DNA of 64,000 nucleotides from positions 1,234,567 through 1,298,566 of the forward strand of contig OZ243981.1 in NCBI GenBank assembly GCA_965214825.1, in the 5' to 3' direction. The DNA is from an uncultured Pedosphaera sp. Lineage in GTDB: Bacteria; Verrucomicrobiota; Verrucomicrobiia; Limisphaerales; AAA164-E04. Positions 27,941 to 35,204 of the stretch are shown here, piece by piece. A program made the translations under genes and the position numbers. The notes under the pieces were generated by a model. The model worked only from the letters and a program-made list of their open reading frames with translations, made no database searches and was not told the DNA's origin. The stretch's first letter is position 1; each line of letters begins with the position of its first letter.

Positions 27941-29482
27941 TCAACGTTTGTCTTCGAAGCACTGGATGACTTCCGGGTCGCGGCCCGGCAATTTGCAAAA
28001 GGCCAAGCCGGGGCTCAGCTTGCTGTCCGAAAATTCTTTCGGCATGAGTTTTCGCCCGAAGATGCCTTTGAGCGGTGTCAGTCCCTTTTCGGACTGATTG
28101 CAGGCGAAGCTGATGACGGCGCCGATTTGTGTTATGTATTCGTAATTGCCGCTGGCGAAGTCCCCCGGATTTTGCGACAACAGCATTAACACGCAGCCGC
28201 GCTGGCGGGTTTGTGTAATCATTTCCACCAGCGACTCGCTGCGGTTCTTGATTACCCGATTAGCCTCGTCGATGACTAGCAGATGCCGAAGCTCCCGATG
28301 CCCTTCTTGCAGCGGCGCGTCCTGCCGGCTTTTCCAATAAGCCGCTTCTGCATCCAGCAGCAACTCCATGATGAGGTTTTGATAACTCTGCGGAATGGCC
28401 GGCGAGAGAGAAAGCACCCAGGATTGCGAGAAGAATTCCTCCGGCGGCAGCGACGGTTCAAAAGGGCGAAAACGGGTCAGTTCGTGAAGGACGCTCGAAA
28501 TGATGTCGCTCTCTTGTTCCATGGCGGCATCGTAGGCCTCTGCGATGCGCGCCAAACTCCGCTCTTTCGCTGCCCGCGCTACCTCTTCCACACAGCTCAA
28601 CAACCGCTCCCGCTGAATCGGTTTTGCCGCTGATGCCGGACGACACAGGGAATCCCGCAGACGCATACAGGCGGCTTGCAAAGCTATGTCGCCGCTATCC
28701 GCTTTGGGGAGGAAATCCAACGGAATCGGCTCATTCCCCACTTTCAGAGTCTTCGCCGTAGCGACATCAGCGAATGCGTTGTCATACTGGCAGCCCTTGG
28801 CGAAATCCGGTTTAGGGTCGATATAGATAAAAGGAAGGCGCGCGGCTCGCAAAATCTGCTTTATCAAATCCACGCCCAAGCGCGTTTTGCCCGTGCCGGT
28901 CTTGCCCATCAAAACAAGATGTGGCGAACCCGCCCCGTTGAGGACGAAATCCACCGGTTGGCCGCCCGGATGCTTTCGACTGACTGGCCCAATCCGCAAA
29001 CGAACGGCGCCGGGAACATCCCCCCCGGCAACAATGCCGGCACCCGTTGCCGCTGCGAGGCCGTCCTCCGGCAAGCGGTTGGCCAAACTCTGCGCCAACT
29101 TCACCACATCCCCCTCCGCTTTCTCGAACTCATCAGCAAGCAACTCACTCCCCCGAGCCCAATGCGCTTCCACTGCCCGGCGAAAATTCTCTATGCGAAC
29201 CTTCTCCCCAAAGCTGCCTTCCATCAAAAAAAGCGAAATCCAAAGATCAATGTCGTTGCCGAAAAGATCGCGTCCGCGAATCGTTCTCTTGGCATTGCGC
29301 TGTCCATCGGCAAGAGGCTTGGGCGATTCCCGTTCCATCAAAGAACGCCCTAACATCAGGCGAATCGGCTCATACCGCTTTTGCCCGCCCATCTCGGTGG
29401 AAAAGCGCCTCTCCAACACTACTGCCTCCTCAACCGGAGAAAAAAGAGCGCTGGCGACCACGTCTCGAAAGGAAAGTTTCAT
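27941..29482 (-). CDS. DndE-like N-terminal domain fused to a HerA/FtsK/VirB4-type P-loop ATPase (DndEi-like)
   Basis: The N-terminus 'YEPIRLMLGRSLMERESPKPL...IRGRDLFGNDIDLWISLF' resembles DndE as I recall it. Walker A is 'LMGKTGTGKTRL' and Walker B 'LLVIDEANRV', followed by 'LLSQNPGDF'. The start overlaps the dndD stop by 4 nt. Confidence 0.65.
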   Translation of the reverse strand: MKLSFRDVVASALFSPVEEAVVLERRFSTEMGGQKRYEPIRLMLGRSLMERESPKPLADGQRNAKRTIRGRDLFGNDIDLWISLFLMEGSFGEKVRIENFRRAVEAHWARGSELLADEFEKAEGDVVKLAQSLANRLPEDGLAAATGAGIVAGGDVPGAVRLRIGPVSRKHPGGQPVDFVLNGAGSPHLVLMGKTGTGKTRLGVDLIKQILRAARLPFIYIDPKPDFAKGCQYDNAFADVATAKTLKVGNEPIPLDFLPKADSGDIALQAACMRLRDSLCRPASAAKPIQRERLLSCVEEVARAAKERSLARIAEAYDAAMEQESDIISSVLHELTRFRPFEPSLPPEEFFSQSWVLSLSPAIPQSYQNLIMELLLDAEAAYWKSRQDAPLQEGHRELRHLLVIDEANRVIKNRSESLVEMITQTRQRGCVLMLLSQNPGDFASGNYEYITQIGAVISFACNQSEKGLTPLKGIFGRKLMPKEFSDSKLSPGLAFCKLPGRDPEVIQCFEDKR

Positions 29483-31578
29483 CGGTTAAAATCGAAAAAT
29501 TTATCGTTATGAATTTGGGACTTACCGGTTTTCTTATCGAATTCGATCAGCATCTTTTGATTCACCCTGTCTTCAATCGCCTCCAAGAAGGGTCCCCGAA
29601 CTTCTTCATCATGCGTCAGGATAATGATTTGGTCCGTATGCTTGAACTCCGCCAAACTCCTCAACGCCCGGCGGCGATACTTGGCATCGGCATTGCCGAC
29701 GGGAGTGTCAATCACCAAAGGAATGCGGCGGCGTGTAATCTCGGCCAATGCCAAACAAAACGCAATGCTGAAGCTCCGCCGCTCAAAACCCGAACCACTT
29801 TCAAGATGAAGCACCTCCATCTCCCCGTCCTCCTTCTCCCACTTTAAAATCGGCGACTTACCGACGGAAAGCTCGACATCAAAATCCTTAAACCTTTCAT
29901 CGGCAATCTCTTTGAAATGTTCATTTACAACTGCTCTCAATCGTTCCGCACAAATAGTTGTGAGATCCTGAGTGAAAGTGCTCAAAACCCGTCTCGCTCG
30001 TTCTGCGATTGCCAACCGCTTCAAAGACGGCTCGATATCTTTAAGTTTTTCGAGGATTTCGCCGTGCCTTCTGTTATATCCGTCGACTTCAGATTTTTTT
30101 GAGTCAATTTGACTGTTTAACCCGCCGAGACGAATCCCGTCATTGTGGATATTTTCATTCAGTTCCTCCAACTTGGCCACCAGTGAGTTAAGCTCATCCG
30201 GCCTGTTTTTCTCGATTCGCAATAGATTGTTCGCGTTGTACCATTCGTCTGTCGCTTTACGGTAATCTCGGGCACGTTGGCGCAGAATGCCTGCTTGTTC
30301 CGCTGCCGCCTTTTCGATGCCGTTTCGGATGCGTTCACGGTCTTCACCCTTTACATGACCGAGAATATAGTGTTCTGCCATTTGAGGTTTAGGCCGATTA
30401 TAGATTGCCTCAAACGCGCTGATAATGCGTTGCTTGAGTTGCTCGCGAACATTCGAAGCCATGTTGCAAAGTAAAGTATCCTCTGTTTGCGGTTCAGGCA
30501 GTACTCGAGAAATTACCGCTTCCTTGTGGCTTATCATTGTTTCCTTAAAACGTTCCCATTCTTCCAGCAAGTGTTCATCATTCAACTGTTTAAGGATGGT
30601 ATCCTTAAATCGACCGATTGCCAAAGCAAGGCCGGCATGACTCAAACTGTCGCGCAGTGCATTGCGAGCTTCCGTTTCTTTCTTGCCTGCATTTTTTATC
30701 TCATAAGTCAGTTGTGCGATATTTCTGCCCTGACCGCCGAGCAAGCTGATTTTCCTTTGGATTTCGTCCCGTTTGTTTTCCTTGGATATAGTTGCTTTTT
30801 CAAGTTCCTCTCGTTTTTGTTGAAGTTGCCCTTGTTCTTTATTCAGGTGATTGATTTTGGAAGCAAGAATTGCACATTCGTCTTCCATCTTCTTTGCTTT
30901 TTGTTTACTACCCCCGCTTTTTGAGATATTTGAACTGAACCTTTTCAATTCAACGACGGTTTTTTGAGTCAATTCTTCGCCGAACATAACATTGACTGCT
31001 TTCTGCAACCCGCCGCTACTTCCAATCAAGTCAGCCGCCTGTTCTCCATCAAAGAAAAAAGCCGGTGTCAAGTATGATGGAAACAGCATCTGTTGCAGTT
31101 TAAAGTGAGCTTCATCCAAGTCGCGATAATTTAATAATTGACCGCCGGGATGAGCGTCATTGGCCAAGTGGATTTCGATATCTTCGTTACCTTTAAGTTT
31201 ATTATTTTGGTAGAAATGCCAGCGGCGAATCACACGAATCTCGTCACACGAACCTGGTTTGGCATCAGTGAAAACCAGTTCGATTTGCGTTGGTTCGTCG
31301 GTGGGAACGCCTTTTCGTCGGAAAAATTTGGGCATCGCGGCGCGCATTGATTTGAGTGCAACATCTGCGCTACTGCCTGCTTTTCGGAACCCTTCGCAAG
31401 AGGAGAGGCCGTACTTCCCGAACAAGCCGAGATAGAGCGCCATCAGCAGACTGGTCTTGCCATGTCCGTTTCCCGCGCCGATTAACGTGATCGGTTTATT
31501 TAGCCTTGGTTTTTCAAACTGGAACGTTGCTTCGGAATAGGCACGCCAGTGACGTAAGTGAACTTTTGAAAGATACAT
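29479..31578 (-). CDS. dndD: DNA sulfur modification protein DndD (SMC/ABC-like ATPase)
   Basis: 'LIGAGNGHGKTSLLMALYLGLFG' P-loop, a long coiled-coil middle, and the C-terminal 'RIPLVIDTPVGNADAKYRR' and 'IIILTHDEE'. Confidence 0.8.
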   Translation of the reverse strand: MYLSKVHLRHWRAYSEATFQFEKPRLNKPITLIGAGNGHGKTSLLMALYLGLFGKYGLSSCEGFRKAGSSADVALKSMRAAMPKFFRRKGVPTDEPTQIELVFTDAKPGSCDEIRVIRRWHFYQNNKLKGNEDIEIHLANDAHPGGQLLNYRDLDEAHFKLQQMLFPSYLTPAFFFDGEQAADLIGSSGGLQKAVNVMFGEELTQKTVVELKRFSSNISKSGGSKQKAKKMEDECAILASKINHLNKEQGQLQQKREELEKATISKENKRDEIQRKISLLGGQGRNIAQLTYEIKNAGKKETEARNALRDSLSHAGLALAIGRFKDTILKQLNDEHLLEEWERFKETMISHKEAVISRVLPEPQTEDTLLCNMASNVREQLKQRIISAFEAIYNRPKPQMAEHYILGHVKGEDRERIRNGIEKAAAEQAGILRQRARDYRKATDEWYNANNLLRIEKNRPDELNSLVAKLEELNENIHNDGIRLGGLNSQIDSKKSEVDGYNRRHGEILEKLKDIEPSLKRLAIAERARRVLSTFTQDLTTICAERLRAVVNEHFKEIADERFKDFDVELSVGKSPILKWEKEDGEMEVLHLESGSGFERRSFSIAFCLALAEITRRRIPLVIDTPVGNADAKYRRRALRSLAEFKHTDQIIILTHDEEVRGPFLEAIEDRVNQKMLIEFDKKTGKSQIHNDKFFDFNR

Positions 31579-31583
31579 CTTTA

Positions 31584-31814
31584 CTATTCTCCGGTGTTTG
31601 TCTCGCCAGCAGGCGGACGAGGTTCTGAAAGGCGGTCGATGGCAGATTCTATTGCGGCGTTCAAGCCATTTTTACGTTCCATACCAGTGTATTCATGCAC
31701 AAGTTGGCAGAGGTCTTGTATCAGCTCGGCGGAAATTTCTTCCTTTTCGCACAACTCGATCAACTTTTGTTTTGCCCTGCGATCGGTAAAACAGGGCAAT
31801 TCGTTCGTCTTCAT
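31584..31814 (-). CDS. Small acidic protein between dndC and dndD (possible DNA-modification-system-associated small protein)
   Basis: 76 codons. The start lies 1 nt after the dndC stop and the stop lies 5 nt before the dndD start. No motif was recognised. Confidence 0.55.
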   Translation of the reverse strand: MKTNELPCFTDRRAKQKLIELCEKEEISAELIQDLCQLVHEYTGMERKNGLNAAIESAIDRLSEPRPPAGETNTGE

Positions 31815-31815
31815 A

Positions 31816-32919
31816 TTACCCCAAAACTTTCCGTTTCAAGTTGGTTGTTTCATCTGTTCTCCAGATGTGTTCGATAAACCGTATTTCTTCTTTGGAAATC
31901 AATTTCATATCGACAGTTTCTTGAAGTTCAAGGAGTTCCTGAAGCAACATCTTTCTGGCGTCGATTGTGAGCGGTCCTAATCCTGGTTGCCCGTTGCGGC
32001 GAATAAAGCAGCGATAATCTGGCTCGTCGCTGACTTCGCGCAGCCTCTCTCTGAACGCGCCAAGCAAGGCGAGCTTATCGTCTTTATCATCCTTCTTTGC
32101 CATATTGTCTGCTGAATTATTTTTTTTGACAACCGTGCATGTCCAGCAACCGAACCGCGCGTTGTTGGTGCCGCACCCTGCTGCGTCTGCTTCACTAACC
32201 ACAAAAGGGCATTCTGCATCTTGTCCACCAGCGTCCATGTAAAGGTTCAGCATCTCTTTGTGACGCCCACCCCAGGCTGGTTTCTGTTCCACGAGAGTTT
32301 CAAACACCTCCCAAGTTTCCCAATCTTTTATCGGTGTAAAGACATGGCACCCTTTGACGTCTGTATGTGGTGTAAAGTTCGGATGCTGTTTTGTGGCGAG
32401 AGTTTCATGTTTGGTTATCCTTCGGCAGCGGGATTCGGATTCTGCTTTCCGAACACCAAGTAACATCACCGCATTGCCGTGTTCTTTTACCATTTCTTTT
32501 AGCAAGGCAACGGTCGGTTTAATTTTCATATTGTTTGTGCACCATCGAAAGGCGTAGTTCGGTGCTGGGTAGCCTTTGCCTAGTAAACCACACCAAAAGG
32601 TTTTACCATAATCTGGGTTTGTCTGTATAACTTGAATGGGAAGCCCTAAAATGCTAAGGTTTCGTTTCAAAACTTCTAACTGGTTATCTACGTAGGATTG
32701 AAAGATGGGCGACTCGACCAGGGTATCGTTATTAGCGACGATAATTTTACGTTGTCGTTCATCCGGCGCAATGTCCTTAAGCGTGTCCACAACGAGATGG
32801 AGCAGCAGTGTGCTGTCTTTCCCGCCACTGAACCCGATCACCCACGGCCAATCGTTTTCAGCCAGGTATTCCTGCCTAATCAATTGGCGGGCGGCTTTGT
32901 TTTTATCGGGTAATTCCAT
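31816..32919 (-). CDS. dndC: DNA phosphorothioation sulfurtransferase DndC (PAPS-reductase/PP-loop family)
   Basis: PP-loop 'IGFSGGKDSTLLLHLV' and Cys cluster 'ECPF...GCGTNNARFGCWTCTVV'. The start was set at ATG 32919, because the ORF extension to 33216 is basic low-complexity sequence. Confidence 0.8.
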   Translation of the reverse strand: MELPDKNKAARQLIRQEYLAENDWPWVIGFSGGKDSTLLLHLVVDTLKDIAPDERQRKIIVANNDTLVESPIFQSYVDNQLEVLKRNLSILGLPIQVIQTNPDYGKTFWCGLLGKGYPAPNYAFRWCTNNMKIKPTVALLKEMVKEHGNAVMLLGVRKAESESRCRRITKHETLATKQHPNFTPHTDVKGCHVFTPIKDWETWEVFETLVEQKPAWGGRHKEMLNLYMDAGGQDAECPFVVSEADAAGCGTNNARFGCWTCTVVKKNNSADNMAKKDDKDDKLALLGAFRERLREVSDEPDYRCFIRRNGQPGLGPLTIDARKMLLQELLELQETVDMKLISKEEIRFIEHIWRTDETTNLKRKVLG

Positions 32920-33284
32920 GTTAAATCTGTTGGTGTGAATTTCGGTGAATTTGACTAGTGTTTGCAAAGATGTTGAAATTTTTTTATTAGCAACCCTCCG
33001 TCCCTGATGTCCACACCGACTTGTTGCCTTCCCCTTGAGTTGGAATGTCCAACGATGATTTTGTCGGTTGCGCCGAGTTTTTCCCGAACGAAGCATCATT
33101 TTTGAGCGCGGTAGCAATGAGGACGGCGGTGTCTTGGTTGACAGTGCCGTGTTCAAGTGGAGGCGCGGTCGAGATGGATGAGACTGGCAAGTCCTCCATT
33201 CCTTGAGGAATTTCAAGGCGCTGCGGGAAAGAGTTGGTGCCGGGCCTCTCCCTGGAGAGCGCGACTCGCAAGCTACACTATAAA

Positions 33285-33409
33285 CTGCCGGACTGCCGGA
33301 CTGCCGGACTGCCGGACTGCCGGACTGCCGGACTGCCGGACTGCCGGACTGCCGGACTGCCGGACTGCCGGACTGCCGGACTGCCGGACTGCCGGACTGC
33401 CGGACTGCC
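33285..33409. repeat. Perfect octanucleotide tandem repeat (CTGCCGGA) x15 plus a partial unit
   Basis: Counted directly: 15 identical 8-bp units over 33285-33404, then ctgcc. Confidence 0.95.
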
Positions 33410-33501
33410 CTCTCTTCAGTATGGCAGAATGCTCGGAGATTGTCGCCATCAGATTTCGGGGAAGCCTGCCCCGTAGATGCCGTCTTGTCAAGGGCGAAAT
33501 T

Positions 33502-33639
33502 CGCGATAAGGAGTTATAGGCTTAACGGGAGTGCCTGCACCTCCACCGCTCTACGAGCCCTACCGCCCCCACCGCTCTACGAGTGTCTGCCCCACCTTTA
33601 TGCTGGACAAGGTGAAAAGCCCGTAACTCCTTATTGCGG
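33502..33639. repeat. Full-length MITE-like element upstream of aroE
   Basis: Termini cgcgataaggagttataggctt / aagcccgtaactccttattgcgg form an inverted repeat. The interior holds two ccaccgctctacgag units and gtgtctgccccacc. Confidence 0.7.
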
Positions 33640-33721
33640 CGAAATTGTGGAGCTGCGGTTGGTTTGGGCTTGTATTTTTCATGGTTTGGGTTTTCGATTC
33701 GGGTTTGAGGAAGGTTTGGTT

Positions 33722-34579
33722 ATGGGCAAGGTTTGGAATTTCAAGCAGGAGTTGACGGGGGCGTTTGGGCGTCCGATTGCGGAGAATCCGACGCAGTATA
33801 TGATGGAGGCGGCGTTTCGGCATCGCGGTTTGGGGTGGCGTTATCTTTCGTTGGAGGTGGCGCCGGAGGGTCTGGGGGATGCGGTGAAGGGGGCGCGGGC
33901 AATGGGGTTTCGGGGGTTCAATTGCACGATTCCGCACAAGGTGGCGGTGATTGATCATTTGGATGGGCTTGGGGAGTCGGCGGCGTTGATGGGCGCGGTG
34001 AATTGCGTGGTGCGGCGGGGGGAGGCGTTAATCGGCGAGAACACTGACGGGAAGGGTTTTGTGCAGTCGCTGCGGGAGCTGCGGGATCCGACGGGTGCGG
34101 ATGTGGTGATTTTGGGCGCGGGCGGGGCGGCGCGGGCGATTAGTGTGGAGCTGGCTTTGGCCGGGGCGAAGCGGGTGACGATTGTCAACCGCAGCCGGGA
34201 GCGGGGGGAAACGTTGGCGAGGTTGCTTTCGGAGCGTGTGAAGGCGGCGGCGGATTTTGTTTTGTGGTTGGGAGATTTCCGGGCGCCGGAGGGGGCGGAT
34301 GTGCTGATTAACGCGACGTCGATTGGCTTGTTTCCAGATGTCGATGCGCGGGTGGCGTTGGATGAAAGGAGTTTGCGTCCGGGCTTGGTGGTTGCTGATG
34401 TGATTCCGAATCCGCCGAGCACGCGTTTGGTGAAGGCGGCGCGGGCGGCAGGTTGCCGGGTGATTGACGGCAAGGGGATGTTGGTGAATCAAGGGGTGTT
34501 GGGGTTTCGGTATTGGACGGGTGTCGATGCGGATGCTGGGGTGATGCACCGGGCTTTGGGCGAGGTTTTTGGGGAATAG
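33722..34579 (+). CDS. aroE: Shikimate dehydrogenase
   Basis: 'GFNCTIPHK', 'GAVNCV', 'GENTDGKGF' and 'ILGAGGAARA'. ATG at 33722. Confidence 0.85.
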   Translation: MGKVWNFKQELTGAFGRPIAENPTQYMMEAAFRHRGLGWRYLSLEVAPEGLGDAVKGARAMGFRGFNCTIPHKVAVIDHLDGLGESAALMGAVNCVVRRGEALIGENTDGKGFVQSLRELRDPTGADVVILGAGGAARAISVELALAGAKRVTIVNRSRERGETLARLLSERVKAAADFVLWLGDFRAPEGADVLINATSIGLFPDVDARVALDERSLRPGLVVADVIPNPPSTRLVKAARAAGCRVIDGKGMLVNQGVLGFRYWTGVDADAGVMHRALGEVFGE

Positions 34580-34687
34580 GCCGGGAGGCGTAGTGAGCGG
34601 CCGGGACGGCTTTGGAATGCCAGATGTTGGCTTTCGGAGCTTGAAAATGGCCTGTTTGTAAAAAATATTGAAAAAATCGGTTTGACG

Positions 34688-34847
34688 CGCGATAAATATT
34701 TAGGGGCTTAACAGGGTGGCGCAGGCTGAAAGCTGGCGGGCAGACAAGAAGTCGGTTGCGCGGTTGTCGGTTCCCCACCGACCCAACCGCTTTCCGAGTG
34801 CCTGTGCCACCTTGCCTGCTAAGCAAGCCCGCAACCGTTTATTGCGG
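34688..34847. repeat. Full-length MITE-like element with ~40-bp imperfect terminal inverted repeats
   Basis: Left end: cgcgataaatatttaggggcttaacagggtggcgcaggc. Right end: gcctgtgccaccttgcctgctaagcaagcccgcaaccgtttattgcgg. The core gggcagacaagaagtcggtt...gtcggttccccaccgacccaaccgctttccgagt is shared with the other copies. Confidence 0.7.
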
Positions 34848-35025
34848 TTTGACGGCTTGACATCCGGGGCGAAACCGCATAAACAGAAAGAGAGTTTTTT
34901 GAGGCGGGCATCTTTATTGCGAAAACTTGTTCTTTGGAATGCCCGAAAGAGTTTCGGCGGAAGTGAGTACACACGGAAACCGAAAATCCCCATATCCTAC
35001 TAATTGTACTGATTCTGAAAACTCC

Positions 35026-35073
35026 CCGGGTCCCTCAGCCATCCTCAAGGTCAAGGGACCCGGTTTTTATTTT
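35026..35073 (+). terminator. Rho-independent terminator-like hairpin
   Basis: 10-bp perfect stem ccgggtccct/agggacccgg with an 18-nt loop, followed by tttttatttt. Confidence 0.5.
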
Positions 35074-35135
35074 CGGGGGCGATGTTTTTCCCCAGTGGTT
35101 CTCTTAAGGCTTGGGCGGCGGTTGCCGGGTTGAAT

Positions 35136-35198
35136 GTGGCGCAGGCACTCGAAGAGCGGTTGGGGCGGTGGGGAACCGACAACCAACTTCAGTCTGTG
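35136..35198. repeat. Core-module copy of the repeat family, just downstream of pyrD
   Basis: gtggcgcaggcactcgaagagcggttggggcggtggggaaccgac is the reverse complement of the 34.7-kb core. Confidence 0.65.
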
Positions 35199-35204
35199 CA
35201 TGGC

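Larger units (their letters stand above)
27760..33284. mobile_element. AT-richer island carrying a dnd-type DNA phosphorothioation operon; no mobility gene seen
   Basis: A sharp compositional change occurs at both edges (by eye). The four co-directional ORFs are overlapping or tightly spaced. The right edge abuts the (CTGCCGGA)n array. Confidence 0.55.

Noticed and set aside
27836-27970. A 44-codon plus-strand ORF (MSVFNRFDQEESEIEIV…) in the AT-rich spacer at the left edge of the dnd island.
   Set aside because: It is short, overlaps the 3' end of the dndE-like gene and has no supporting signals.
32920-33216. The N-terminal 99-codon extension of the DndC ORF.
   Set aside because: It is basic, low-complexity sequence with no counterpart in PP-loop enzymes. 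The family-like N-terminus begins at Met 32919.
33285-33409. The possibility that the tandem array is a CRISPR locus.
   Set aside because: The units are only 8 bp, directly abutting with no spacers, and no cas genes are nearby.
33157-33519. Three ORFs (33157..33519, 33234..33476 and 33273..33491) translating the octanucleotide array into PDCRTAGL / SGSPAVRQ repeats.
   Set aside because: Their periodicity is a direct consequence of translating an 8-bp repeat. There is no plausible start context and they overlap each other in different frames.
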